Part shown: piece by piece, positions 9,105 to 18,555 of the stretch
Numbering within the stretch: position 1 is the stretch's first letter
Layout of the letters: every line of letters begins with the position of its first letter
DNA from: a virus
Taxonomy: Duplodnaviria > Caudoviricetes
IMG/VR virus record: IMGVR_UViG_3300017700_000721
Location: 32,001-96,000 of that record
Length of the DNA: 64,000 nucleotides
Reading direction: 5' to 3' (one strand)
Translations under genes and position numbers: made by a program
Notes under the pieces: model-generated
Database searches by the model: none
What the model saw: only the letters and a program-made list of their open reading frames with translations
Told to the model about the DNA's origin: nothing

Positions 9105-10161
9105 GGACGTGATCACCCTGGAATGCTCTCTGACACGTGGGACAGATACCCAACTTGGCTTCCAGCTCCAATCTCTTGGTGTCTGCGACAGCCATTTCCC
9201 TGAGGGTCAGGTCCAAGCCTTGCTCGATCATTTGTTCCTTGGTGGTGAGCTCGCTGTACTCGATGAGAGCTTTGAGCTCGACAAGGGAGGGGATGGTCTG
9301 GTGGTCAAACTCGACGGCTGCAGGAAGGGGTCGGGTGTGGAGAGTGAACAGCTCAAGGATCAAGGTGATGGCCTGACTGTTCTGCGGGGGAGACGGGAGC
9401 GGAGGAGGCTCGGGGAGAGGTCGAAGGAGGGAGAGGAGACGTTCGTACTCCTCGATCTCCCCCATCCTCTTGTAGGATTGCTCGATCTGGGTCTTGAGCT
9501 CGGCCGTCTCTCGCTGGAGGTCAATCAGCTGGGACCGAAGGGCTGGGACGTGGTCGAGCTCCTTCACTCGGGCTCGTTGGGTCTCGGTGTCCTCCCGACG
9601 GATGGCCTTGCGGTCCGTGTTCTCCTTCAGGTCCTTCTTCGCCTCTTTCTGGGCGTCGGTCACGATATCGGCTCGACCCAGGATCTTGAAGACCTCGGCT
9701 ACAGCCGTCTCGTTGGCTCCTATGAGAAAGATCTGGTCGAACTGACCTGCGACCTGGGGGCGGAACCGAGCGGTTGTGGTCTCAATCTCCGCTATGCCGT
9801 AGGGTGCGACGAGGTCCTTGTGGTCACGGCCGATCTTGGTGTGGACGTGGCCGTTGATCGCCAGGACTGGCTGGAGGTTGGGTGTCCGGGCCTGCGTCTT
9901 GACCTTCCGCCACTGAACTTTGAACTCACCCTGCCCATCCTCAATAACAATCGCTCCGCCTGCCCAAGCTTCTCCGTTCTTTATAAACGACTCGCCGGGG
10001 GCTCCGAAGAGCATGGCCGTTGCTGCCCTGATGAGGGCCGACTTGCCGATATTTGACTTGCCGGTCACGACGGTGAGGCCGCTGACTTCGATCTTCGCGT
10101 CGGCGATGGACTGGTAGTTGCGAACTCGGATCTTGGTTGAGGTCGGAGGAGGAGAGGTCAT
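9097..10161 (-). CDS. SbcC/Rad50-like ATPase, N-terminal half ending at the zinc hook
   Basis: VRNYQS, Walker A GKSNIGKS, Q-loop QFD, coiled coil, terminal CPTC. Confidence 0.85.
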   Translation of the reverse strand: MTSPPPTSTKIRVRNYQSIADAKIEVSGLTVVTGKSNIGKSALIRAATAMLFGAPGESFIKNGEAWAGGAIVIEDGQGEFKVQWRKVKTQARTPNLQPVLAINGHVHTKIGRDHKDLVAPYGIAEIETTTARFRPQVAGQFDQIFLIGANETAVAEVFKILGRADIVTDAQKEAKKDLKENTDRKAIRREDTETQRARVKELDHVPALRSQLIDLQRETAELKTQIEQSYKRMGEIEEYERLLSLLRPLPEPPPLPSPPQNSQAITLILELFTLHTRPLPAAVEFDHQTIPSLVELKALIEYSELTTKEQMIEQGLDLTLREMAVADTKRLELEAKLGICPTCQRAFQGDHVHV

Positions 10162-11234
10162 TGAAGGAGGTCCGAGCTGAGGTCAAGATCGTCGACGTCA
10201 AGGTCTGCGCCGATAAGTGGGTCTTTCGGTCGAGGGGCGGGCTTGGGAACTAGCTTTGGTTTGTCTTCCGTGGCTAGTACTTCCAGGGCGAAGAAGGAGT
10301 TACGAACGTAACGCACTGTACCGTATCGGGTGTAAAGGCCTGAGCCCATCCCGTCGGTGTCAACTCGTACGCTTTTCCCTTGGAGGGAGGAGTTGATGTC
10401 GTGTACGGTGGTCACGTACACGAGGTTTAGAACCCTCTCGATCTTGGTGAAGGGAAACGCTGTGGTTTTCCCGCCCTCCCTCTCGACGGTGACATGGGTG
10501 GATCCGATGTTGGTGAAATCCTCGTATCGACGATGGGTCCGAGCCTTAAGTGCTTCTAGGACCTCTGCGGACTTGCCTGTGGCTTGAAGCCAAGGGTCGA
10601 TGATAGCGTTGAAGCGGTCCACGTCTCGACCACGAAGATCCTCGGCTTCGGTCACGTAAGTAAATCTGAGGTTGCGACCCTTTTCCAAGGCAGGACCAAA
10701 CTTCTGCTGGACCAATTCCCTACCGCGTCGCTCGGTGGACGTTAGGATTAGAACGTCCTCTTCCGCGTTAGGGTCCCAAGAGCCAAGGATCTGTTCCTTG
10801 AAATCCTTGTCCGTCATCTGACGTTTGTCTCGTAGGAACTGAGCGGCGGCTTCAGAGGTCACGGTCTGCATCGGGGTACCTGGGGCCGGCTTCCCTAAGA
10901 CAGCGTGGTCGTGGATGGTCTGGATAATCTTCCGGTAGTCGGCGAATTGACCCGGCTCCAGGTCTTTGACCATGTCGGGTAGGTTCACCATCGGTAGGCT
11001 GGCGAGGTCGAGAATTTTGGGCGGGGGCTCTTGGACAAAATTGGTTGAGCACATCAGCCCCGTCTTGGGGTCGACCTCGAGGGCTGTGGTCTGAGACGGC
11101 TTGGTTGAGAGATCTTGGCCTACGTACATCCACTTGCGCTCGCGGTCCCCGATTGTGGTCACGTCGAGGTAATCGGGCCCTGGCTTTGGGGTCTCGATGA
11201 GAGTCGACGAGGTCTTTGGTCTGCGGGAGGGCAT
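10158..11234 (-). CDS. Hypothetical protein (358 aa)
   Basis: Long ORF coupled to the next gene by an ATGA overlap; acidic C-tail; no family recognised. Confidence 0.6.
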   Translation of the reverse strand: MPSRRPKTSSTLIETPKPGPDYLDVTTIGDRERKWMYVGQDLSTKPSQTTALEVDPKTGLMCSTNFVQEPPPKILDLASLPMVNLPDMVKDLEPGQFADYRKIIQTIHDHAVLGKPAPGTPMQTVTSEAAAQFLRDKRQMTDKDFKEQILGSWDPNAEEDVLILTSTERRGRELVQQKFGPALEKGRNLRFTYVTEAEDLRGRDVDRFNAIIDPWLQATGKSAEVLEALKARTHRRYEDFTNIGSTHVTVEREGGKTTAFPFTKIERVLNLVYVTTVHDINSSLQGKSVRVDTDGMGSGLYTRYGTVRYVRNSFFALEVLATEDKPKLVPKPAPRPKDPLIGADLDVDDLDLSSDLLQ

Positions 11235-11413
11235 TGGAGCTTTGTTGCCTGGCCTTCGATCGGGGTCGGTTGGGTTGTGGTTACTGATACCGTCTTGAAG
11301 CAGTCACGGCAGGTTCCGGTTGCTCTGATGGGTCCGACTGCCCATCTCATCCGGTGGCCACGAGCTTTAACTATGATCGTGGCCCGGTCTTTCAGGGCCT
11401 TGAGGCTGGTCAT
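11159..11413 (-). CDS. Small hypothetical protein, possible zinc ribbon
   Basis: H..CRDC..C pattern; fills the gap after surE. Confidence 0.45.
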   Translation of the reverse strand: MTSLKALKDRATIIVKARGHRMRWAVGPIRATGTCRDCFKTVSVTTTQPTPIEGQATKLQCPPADQRPRRLSSRPQSQGPITST

Positions 11414-11423
11414 CCGATCCCTG

Positions 11424-12146
11424 TTAGAAGGCGTGCGGGGGGTTGACCCGGAGCTGGAGCTGGGAAACGGTGACGTAGCCCTGGGCGAGGTGGGTCACGT
11501 CGGAGGACTCTTGTTCGGCGCGGGGGACCATCGACGTGGGAGGGGTCCGGTAGCGGGAGTAGTGGGCGACCTTGGTGGCCTTGAACCCCATCGAGGCCGT
11601 TACGGGGAAGTTCACGTTGAAGCAATCCCCGTGAGAGGGGTTGGTCCTGCGTAGGATGTCGAGGAGGGCCCTGTCGGCGGAGTTGAAGAGGCGACGGTCC
11701 GCTTGGGCGTCGAAGATCTTGGACGCGTCGGGGAGGTCCTGGGAGAACGCGATGGCCGGGGTGGCGTAGAATGATGCGGCCATCATCGCCATGGATACGG
11801 TCGCGGAGAGGTACACGTCCAGGCCCACGTTGGATCCGTGGTTCACGCCGGTGAGCACGAGGTCCCAGGGCCGGTCCGTGATGGGGTCCGGGATGAGGAA
11901 GGCTCGGGTGAGCACGTCTCCGGGGGTGAGGTCGTAGGTGTAGGTGTCCTTTCCGACGAGGGTGGGCTCGATCGTCTTCCAGCGCTCCCATCCGTCCGAG
12001 CAGGAGAACGATTTCCCGCTCTGCTGTGTCGCGGTCGTGATCTGGATGATGCGCGAGGAGGGGTAAGCCTGCTGTGCGGCGTCTCGAAGCACCTTGAGGC
12101 CGGTCGCGTCGGGGCCGTCGTCGCCTGTGATGAGGATCTGTCTCAT
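11424..12146 (-). CDS. surE: SurE family 5'/3'-nucleotidase
   Basis: ILITGDDG, QSG, TPGD, TGVNHGSNVG..VYLSAT, PAIAFS, NVNFP, GYVTVS. Confidence 0.9.
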   Translation of the reverse strand: MRQILITGDDGPDATGLKVLRDAAQQAYPSSRIIQITTATQQSGKSFSCSDGWERWKTIEPTLVGKDTYTYDLTPGDVLTRAFLIPDPITDRPWDLVLTGVNHGSNVGLDVYLSATVSMAMMAASFYATPAIAFSQDLPDASKIFDAQADRRLFNSADRALLDILRRTNPSHGDCFNVNFPVTASMGFKATKVAHYSRYRTPPTSMVPRAEQESSDVTHLAQGYVTVSQLQLRVNPPHAF

Positions 12147-12305
12147 GGTCTGTTCCTGTCTCTGATCTGTGGGCTGTTCTGTGGTGCGATGTGCGCTTCT
12201 GGACGGGCCGGGAACGGCGATATCCTCGGCGGGATATCTTACCCTTGGATTGGTCCTTGAGCTCTGAACCCATCCCGTCGGTCAGCTTCTGTCTGGTCCG
12301 AAGGG

Positions 12306-13511
12306 TTAACCGTCCGTTACTGCTAGATCCGTACCTGTTCCAAAGGGTGCAACCGGGGCAGAAGGGCTATCCAGAACTAGACCTGGATTATCCTCCAACT
12401 CCTTCGCCTTTCCAATCACTTCAATCTTATCTAGTCCAAGAGACTTGGCATGCTCATCTTTGAGAAGGCTAAGTACTGCGTCTTCGATTTCATTTGCTGT
12501 TGCCGGATGGTCCTTGAGGTGTTGCAGAAACGCGTCGCGGCCCCGGCATGCGACTGACGTTTCCGTTGTTCTCCCCTTGTAGTTGAAGAAGCCTGCGCCG
12601 GCCATAATTCCGAGCTTTGCTTCTGCCAACTCCGCGATGGAGGCAAGGTTGTTGATCCCTTTTCCGTATTCAATCACAAACTCTCCGCGCATAAACGGCG
12701 GGGCAAGCTTGTTCTTTACGGCGGTGATCCTAATCTTGTTGCGAGTATAAACCTGGTCAGTTCCCTTCGTTCCTCGAGCCTCGTCTCCTTCAGATCCAAG
12801 GAACGCAAGCTCGAGACGAAGAGAGGAGTAGAATTTGATGGCGTTGCTTGCTGCCGATTGCTCTTTCGGCGCGTTCTTCTGCGGCCGGCCTCCAATGTTA
12901 ATCACAGCACGCATCTGGTTGATGATCACCACGGCCGGTTTGCGGCCCTTCGAGATCTTCTTCGTCAGACGCTCGAGGAAGCGAGCCATCAAGGCCGCTT
13001 GAGTGCCTTTCTGCGTACCTCCCTCCACGTCCATTATCCCTTCCATGTCGGAGCGAGGGGTCATAGCTGCGGCGGAGTCAATCACAACAAGGTCTACCGC
13101 CCCGCTGTCAACGAAGTCGAGGGCAATGTCGGCCCCCATCTCGAAGTACTCGGGCTGAGACCAGATGAACCGATCTGGGTTCAGATCAATGCCCAACTTC
13201 TTGCCGTATATGGCGTCAAAGGCGTGCTCATAATCGATGAGCAAAGCCGTTCCTCCGGCTGCCTCATGGCACGAGGCGATAACCTCGGTCGCGATAGTTG
13301 TTTTACCCGACGAGAAAGGACCAAAGATCTCGGTCACTCGACCTCTCGGTAGGCCGCCAATGCCACTAACCGCGTTGATGATGGTTGACTTCGTCGGGAT
13401 GACAGGGCATTCGACGGCGGTATTCAGACTCTGGAAAAGCTCGGTACTATCCTTGTACTTCTTCTCCATACGAGCGCGGATTTGCCTGACTACGTCAGCG
13501 TTAGTCGCCAT
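12306..13511 (-). CDS. recA: RecA recombinase
   Basis: GGLPRGRVTEIFGPFSSGKTT, IDYEHA, VVIDSAAA, INQMR, KFYSSLR, VKNKLAPPF. Confidence 0.95.
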   Translation of the reverse strand: MATNADVVRQIRARMEKKYKDSTELFQSLNTAVECPVIPTKSTIINAVSGIGGLPRGRVTEIFGPFSSGKTTIATEVIASCHEAAGGTALLIDYEHAFDAIYGKKLGIDLNPDRFIWSQPEYFEMGADIALDFVDSGAVDLVVIDSAAAMTPRSDMEGIMDVEGGTQKGTQAALMARFLERLTKKISKGRKPAVVIINQMRAVINIGGRPQKNAPKEQSAASNAIKFYSSLRLELAFLGSEGDEARGTKGTDQVYTRNKIRITAVKNKLAPPFMRGEFVIEYGKGINNLASIAELAEAKLGIMAGAGFFNYKGRTTETSVACRGRDAFLQHLKDHPATANEIEDAVLSLLKDEHAKSLGLDKIEVIGKAKELEDNPGLVLDSPSAPVAPFGTGTDLAVTDG

Positions 13512-14034
13512 TTATTGTCCCCCAGGGGTGCAGAGCTTGCTCGGCTGACACTAAGTTGTAGCGCCATTTCTTGTTAACTACATCCTCGCCTAGCCTTGTC
13601 AAGTAATACCCATCGACTTTATGGATGGAGATACGATGAGGCCAATTCATTGTAGCCTGGAAATGCTTCACGTAAGGATCACCGTCAGCCGCAGGGGCGC
13701 CGTGTCTTTTCTTTACGTAGGACTGGAGCTGGATTGGGAGCGGCATCACTATTTGTGTGGCTCCGGTCTCTTTGATCAGCTCAAGCATGTTCATCTGACA
13801 GTGGAACATGAGCGAGGAACTCTTCCCACCAACAGATAACTGCTTCTCGATGCAGAAGATCGCGTTGCTTGCGCCGTGTTTCTTCAGAAAAGCCCGAAAG
13901 TCGGCTCGTATCTGCTTGCAGGAGGTTAGCACGTCCTGCTTCCCGGTCTTTATCTCATCAAAAAGAAACTCTGCCCCCTCTCGAAGGCAGAGTCCCGTGT
14001 GACGTAATGACGGGTCGATCCCGACAAACTTCAT
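13501..14034 (-). CDS. RuvC-like Holliday junction resolvase
   Basis: N-terminal VGIDPSLRHTG, CIE, late VDG acidic residue. Confidence 0.7.
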   Translation of the reverse strand: MKFVGIDPSLRHTGLCLREGAEFLFDEIKTGKQDVLTSCKQIRADFRAFLKKHGASNAIFCIEKQLSVGGKSSSLMFHCQMNMLELIKETGATQIVMPLPIQLQSYVKKRHGAPAADGDPYVKHFQATMNWPHRISIHKVDGYYLTRLGEDVVNKKWRYNLVSAEQALHPWGTINGD

Positions 14035-14760
14035 CTAACCAACGATGTCGCTCAGGTCGATCGCGCCTGCGTTGTCGGTCGATCCCGGAGAGGCCGAAGC
14101 ACCACCGCCGAGGAGAGTCATGATCTCGAGGTCGGTCAGGCGCCGGCCGAAGTACCGCTTCATGGCTTCGGTGACCTTCGGTTCCTTGGCCTTGACGTGA
14201 TCGTACCAGGCCTGCTTCGACTTCCAGTGAGCCGTGGGGGTAGGCGTGAAGGTCCCCTTCTGGTACTGGTCGTCGGTGCACTTGAACATGATGTCAACCT
14301 GCTTCTCGTCGAAGCCGCCGTCGAGGATGGTCCACTGCTTGTGCAGTTCACTCAGCTCGGCGTAACGGTTCTCGGAGATCAGCCAGGGCTTGAACTTGCC
14401 CTGCAGCTTCTCGGTGGTCATCAACTCACCGGTCTCGGAGGTGGTGTAGTGGAAGGTGATCATCCCGAACCGCTGTTCGGGTTCGCCGAGCGTCTTCTTC
14501 ACGAAGGCAAGGGTTTCGGCGTTGGTCGGGGCGATGAAGCGGGTACCCTGCTTCGCCTGGCCCTGGTAGTAGAAGGTGAACATTCGGGTGAGTGAGCTGC
14601 TGATGATCCCGAAACGCTCCGTTCGACCTTTGGCACCCTTGAAGCGGTCGAAGGTCGAGAGTTCAACCTTCTTGTCTCCGAAGGCAACCTGGTCGCCTCC
14701 TTCGGCCGGCGGGGGCTTCTGCTCGGTAACGTCGGCAAGGGCGGCTGATGTGTCCGTCAT
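14035..14760 (-). CDS. Putative single-stranded DNA-binding protein
   Basis: Position among recombination genes, aromatic/beta-rich core, flexible acidic C-tail; function inferred only. Confidence 0.4.
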   Translation of the reverse strand: MTDTSAALADVTEQKPPPAEGGDQVAFGDKKVELSTFDRFKGAKGRTERFGIISSSLTRMFTFYYQGQAKQGTRFIAPTNAETLAFVKKTLGEPEQRFGMITFHYTTSETGELMTTEKLQGKFKPWLISENRYAELSELHKQWTILDGGFDEKQVDIMFKCTDDQYQKGTFTPTPTAHWKSKQAWYDHVKAKEPKVTEAMKRYFGRRLTDLEIMTLLGGGASASPGSTDNAGAIDLSDIVG

Positions 14761-14825
14761 TTTCCGTTCCTGTGTTGTCCTGTCCGGTGTGGACTCAGGC
14801 TAACCTGAGTGGTCAATCATACAGC

Positions 14826-14856
14826 AAAAAGCCCAGCTAGTTAAAGCCGGGCTTTT
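14826..14856 (-). terminator. Intrinsic terminator after the HU-like gene (possibly bidirectional)
   Basis: AAAAAGCCCAGCT...AGCCGGGCTTTT stem with A/T runs on both sides. Confidence 0.75.
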
Positions 14857-14879
14857 CACTCACCTACCGAGGTAGGTCT

Positions 14880-15368
14880 TTAATCGAGCTTGTCGCCGGG
14901 CGCCACGGTGGCGGCAGCCGGGGCCGTCTCGGTGGCCGGCTTGGCCTCCTCGTCCTTGCTGACACGCGAGCCGCGGACCTTGTAGGCCTCCTCGAGGTTG
15001 CCGCCGTTGGCCACCAGGGCCTTCACGACGACGCCTTCCTCGTAACGGAGCTTGTGGCGGACGCCGAACGTGACTTCCTGGCCGGACGGGAGGCGGCGGG
15101 AGCCTTCCGTGTACTCGCGGATGTGGAAGGAGCCGAAGCCGCCGTTCAGGCGGACGGTCTTGTCGCGCGCGCCGAGGGCGAAGATCTCGTCGATCGCCAT
15201 GTCGAACAGGGCACGGCCACCGGCCTTGCCGATGCGCTTGCCGGTCTTGGTGTGGACGAACTCGGCCAGCTTGCTGTAGATAGCTTCCTTGCCGGCGCTC
15301 TCGACTTCGGTGTTTGCTTCGGTAACTGCGGCCGCGACGGCCGGGTCTGCTGCATTGACGTTTTCCAC
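14880..15368 (-). CDS. HU/IHF family DNA-binding protein
   Basis: VRLNGGFGSFHIR...RRLPSGQEV arm motif; strong codon bias. Confidence 0.85.
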   Translation of the reverse strand: MENVNAADPAVAAAVTEANTEVESAGKEAIYSKLAEFVHTKTGKRIGKAGGRALFDMAIDEIFALGARDKTVRLNGGFGSFHIREYTEGSRRLPSGQEVTFGVRHKLRYEEGVVVKALVANGGNLEEAYKVRGSRVSKDEEAKPATETAPAAATVAPGDKLD

Positions 15369-15385
15369 GACATTCTCCTTTGGGT

Positions 15386-15925
15386 TCAGATCTCAATCTC
15401 ACCGACCTTTGCGCCGGTGTAAGAAGCTGGTGAGGTTGCGCCTGCTGCGACTTTCTGCTCGTAAAGCCTGGAATGTAGCCGAATGTCGGAGTCCAGACGC
15501 TTCATCGTGCCAGCACGCTCGTTCACCACTGTCTTGATCTCCGATACTACGAAGACCAAGCCCTGCCAGTTTTCTGATGCCTGGGTAAGGTCTTGGAGTT
15601 GGTTTGCCAACCAGAACCCCTTCTGGTGCACTGGCGTCTCCGCGTACTCGTCGCTAGCCTTGAGCTCCTTCTCTTTCATGGCCAGGAGGGCTTTGTTTGC
15701 CCTCGCCACACGGATGATCTCAAGGGAATGACGGGTCAGCTTCATCTGGATATCGCTGAGACGCTCAAGGTAGGTTGAGACGAGGGCCAGCTTCGCACTG
15801 ATGAAGTTGAGGTCATAGTGACTATCATCCTCGGACATACGCACCTCCATCGCGGTGGCATCGTCGAGGAGACCCATTAGCTGGGCTTCGATGGCCTCAG
15901 GCTTAAGAGGCTTTGCTTCCGTCAT
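15386..15925 (-). CDS. Helical/coiled-coil hypothetical protein
   Basis: Likely start MTEAK after GGAG. Confidence 0.6.
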   Translation of the reverse strand: MTEAKPLKPEAIEAQLMGLLDDATAMEVRMSEDDSHYDLNFISAKLALVSTYLERLSDIQMKLTRHSLEIIRVARANKALLAMKEKELKASDEYAETPVHQKGFWLANQLQDLTQASENWQGLVFVVSEIKTVVNERAGTMKRLDSDIRLHSRLYEQKVAAGATSPASYTGAKVGEIEI

Positions 15926-16235
15926 CTGAGCTACTACTCCGTTTGAGGATCTTGTCAAAGAGTGCGGTCATCCGATTTCGCCAGGCCTCAAAGCGAGAGC
16001 GCTCGAAGGCACCCGAGGCCACTTCCATTACACCGGCAAGACGGTTGAGTATTTCCTTCTCCTCGAGCATCCTCTGCCTGAGCATAGGCCGGTCCATCCC
16101 TTGCGGGACGTCGAAGGTCATGGCTAGAGTGGTTCCGCTGCTCATGCCGTTCTGGAGTTCAAACAGCTTGAGGTTTGACTCAACGGTCACTGAGCGGGGA
16201 ATAAGTTGAAGTTCAGAGGGGCTTGACTCGGTCAT
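15903..16235 (-). CDS. Hypothetical protein
   Basis: ORF track 15903..16250; ATG 16235 lies 5 nt after a TG-G-TATCAT element (possibly leaderless). Confidence 0.55.
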   Translation of the reverse strand: MTESSPSELQLIPRSVTVESNLKLFELQNGMSSGTTLAMTFDVPQGMDRPMLRQRMLEEKEILNRLAGVMEVASGAFERSRFEAWRNRMTALFDKILKRSSSSDDGSKAS

Positions 16236-16262
16236 GGTGTATGATACCATACCCGCTGATAG

Positions 16263-16286
16263 AAACAGGCCCGAGAAGGGCCTGTT
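16263..16286 (-). terminator. Hairpin/terminator after the ligase gene
   Basis: AACAGGCCC-gagaa-GGGCCTGTT perfect 9-bp stem. Confidence 0.65.
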
Positions 16287-16319
16287 CGTCGCTTGACATT
16301 CAACCTAGAATGTGCTAGG

Positions 16320-17525
16320 TTAGCCAACCCAATTGGCTGCCTCTTCCAGATCAGCGTAGGACTGGATGCACTCTTGGCTGGTCTTGGCATCCGGGCCTAC
16401 CTTAGCCCGCCACCGCTCGATGGTGCAGTGAGACAGCCGCAAGCTCCTCGAGCTGACATCCTGGCCGGAGATCTCGGCCACCTTCCCCATGATCGCAGGG
16501 ATCAGGCTGACTTGGTTGGTTGCAGGGTCATACACCGAGATCTTTTTACGGGTCTCAAGTGTAATATTGCTGGCATTGCCCAGCTCGTGGAGCCCCTTCT
16601 CCGTGTGAACGGAGAAGGTGAGGGCACCGACCAGGTTCTCCCAGCCTGATCCCGGCTCCCCACGGACGAACCCGGTGACGAAAGCGTCGAACTCGATACG
16701 CTTCTTGACCTTGACCCAGCCGTTCCGGCTTCGGCTCGAGCTGTCCTCGTAAACAGCGTTGAGGTTCTTGAGGATGCCACCTTCGCCGCCGTTGGCGATG
16801 ATGCCGTCCACGAAGGCCTTCTTTCCTTCGATGACGAGCGGCGGGAAGTGGAAGATGTTGGCCATCGGCAGAAGGGCCATACGATCCTTGAACTTGGCCC
16901 GGTACACCTCTCGGTCGACGAGCCGCTTGCCGCGCAGATCGCTTCCTTCGTAGGACAGGATGTCAAACACATGCACGTTGAGCGGTGCGTCCTGCTCGAT
17001 CTGGAGACGCTTCGAGCTTTCGGGCGCCAGGCTGAGGACAGCCGTTGTCGAGTGGAGGGATGACTTGGTCTTGACCCCTTTCGCCGTGTAAGGCGTGGTG
17101 TCGACAGCCTTCTCAATCATGACCTCGCAGTCGATCGTGGCAGAGAAGTCCGGCACGAAGTTGCCCCAGAGAAGCTGCTCCGTCAGTTCCTCGAACCGGT
17201 AGGTCTTGACCGACACCGTCCTTGAATGAGCGAAGACACCAACGTCCTTTACGAAGTGGATCATGAGACGGCAGCCGTTGAACTTGATCTGGGCTGCCCA
17301 ACTCGGACTGGTCCAGACTTTGGTCAGTTCGTCTGGCTTGAGGTTCCACGAGGCAAAGCAGAGCATGGGTTCACGCTCTTCGAACTTCAGACCACCAGGT
17401 GGCAGGAAATGAGCCCGAAGGACGTCGACATAATCCGACTTGGCCGGTCGCTTCCCTTTCTGGGTGACAGCGAGGCCCAACTTCTGGCAGGTCAAGGCAA
17501 GTTTGTCGAGGTTCGGAAGGCCCAT
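16320..17525 (-). CDS. ATP-dependent DNA ligase
   Basis: Motif I QIKFNGCR, IDCE, VFDIL, EGGILK, WVKVK, C-terminal OB fold. Confidence 0.9.
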   Translation of the reverse strand: MGLPNLDKLALTCQKLGLAVTQKGKRPAKSDYVDVLRAHFLPPGGLKFEEREPMLCFASWNLKPDELTKVWTSPSWAAQIKFNGCRLMIHFVKDVGVFAHSRTVSVKTYRFEELTEQLLWGNFVPDFSATIDCEVMIEKAVDTTPYTAKGVKTKSSLHSTTAVLSLAPESSKRLQIEQDAPLNVHVFDILSYEGSDLRGKRLVDREVYRAKFKDRMALLPMANIFHFPPLVIEGKKAFVDGIIANGGEGGILKNLNAVYEDSSSRSRNGWVKVKKRIEFDAFVTGFVRGEPGSGWENLVGALTFSVHTEKGLHELGNASNITLETRKKISVYDPATNQVSLIPAIMGKVAEISGQDVSSRSLRLSHCTIERWRAKVGPDAKTSQECIQSYADLEEAANWVG

Positions 17526-17550
17526 CTAATTCTCCATACCAACTACGCCT

Positions 17551-17579
17551 ATTATAGCATAGTCGGAGGGTGGTGTCAA
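17551..17579 (-). promoter_or_regulatory. Consensus sigma70 promoter for the ligase gene
   Basis: TTGACA-17 bp-TATAAT with extended TG. Confidence 0.85.
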
Positions 17580-17608
17580 CATCTTATTTCGCGGCCTGTG
17601 GATAACTT

Positions 17609-18391
17609 TCACCACACGGTGTCAACGGGCATGTCCCCAATATAATCTTGCACCGGCAGGCCACCAACCGGGGCAGCATGGGTCCGCTTGGCCAGTCGCA
17701 AGGCCTTGGAGCGACTTTCGTTCTTGTCCGGCCTCGTCTCCAGAACAGCCTTGACCTCGATGGCCATGGTCTTGAGCACGGCCAGCCAATTGTGTATCGT
17801 TGAGGGAGTGACCCCGAGAGCTGCGCCACACTCCTTCGGATCGTTCTGCTCGAGGAGCAGCTTGAGCAACGGATAGAGGCTCTCGTCTCGCTTGTGGCGG
17901 GGGTTCTCGAAGAGCTTGCGAGCGCGACGGGCCAGCTCGGTCACGATCACGATCGCCGTCATGCGTGACTCATGGTCCGGAGACTCGATACCGAAGATCC
18001 GATCCAAGCTGTAGACCCCAGGCTCGAACTCGCCGTCGTCATCCGTCCCGGTCGTTGCGAGCGACCCGCCATGTAGGCCGGTGATCGGGTTGCGGCTCTT
18101 CTTCGACAGGTGATTGACACAGATTGTCCGGGTGGTGAAGAAGATCACTCCCCCGAAGTTGCCCTTCTGGGGGTCGAACTTCTCGATCATCCCCTTTTCG
18201 ATGAGACGCTCGGCGATTGCTTGGCTCAGCTCTTCCGTCTCAGTGGGGGTGGCGTACGGAAGGAACTTCCGCATGATCTGGCGGCACAGGCTGTTGCCGT
18301 GACCGTCACCCAGGATATAGTAGCGATAGAGGTCGTCGTAATCCCGAGGCACATAGTCATTCGGGTTCGGCTTGTCTGAATTGCGCGGCAT
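17609..18391 (-). CDS. Sigma70-like transcription factor
   Basis: Region 2-like KFDPQKGNFGGVIF; C-terminal HTH ECGAALGVTPSTIHNW. Confidence 0.65.
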   Translation of the reverse strand: MPRNSDKPNPNDYVPRDYDDLYRYYILGDGHGNSLCRQIMRKFLPYATPTETEELSQAIAERLIEKGMIEKFDPQKGNFGGVIFFTTRTICVNHLSKKSRNPITGLHGGSLATTGTDDDGEFEPGVYSLDRIFGIESPDHESRMTAIVIVTELARRARKLFENPRHKRDESLYPLLKLLLEQNDPKECGAALGVTPSTIHNWLAVLKTMAIEVKAVLETRPDKNESRSKALRLAKRTHAAPVGGLPVQDYIGDMPVDTVW

Positions 18392-18423
18392 GTCTACCCC
18401 TTTAAGCCTTAATCAACACCCTT

Positions 18424-18452
18424 AATAAACCATAATCAGAAGGGTTTGTCAA
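18424..18452 (-). promoter_or_regulatory. Sigma70-type promoter for the sigma-like gene
   Basis: TTGACA-17 bp-TTTATT with extended TG. Confidence 0.6.
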
Positions 18453-18555
18453 GTCTTCTTTTCAGATCCACGCCCTAGAACCTCCCGCATCGCATTATGC
18501 TTGTGATTTCTTGTGGGTTCCGGGCGGCCCATTGAAGCAAGAAATGCAGCCGTAA

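Noticed and set aside
11410-12273. 287-aa Arg/Pro-rich minus-strand ORF (similarly 14860-15402 and 16502-17116)
   Set aside because: Alternative frames of surE, HU and ligase with low-complexity composition
18400-18426. TTAA repeats as a CtrA box (also at 3971-3988)
   Set aside because: Spacings are 9 and 10 nt, not the TTAA-N7-TTAA consensus
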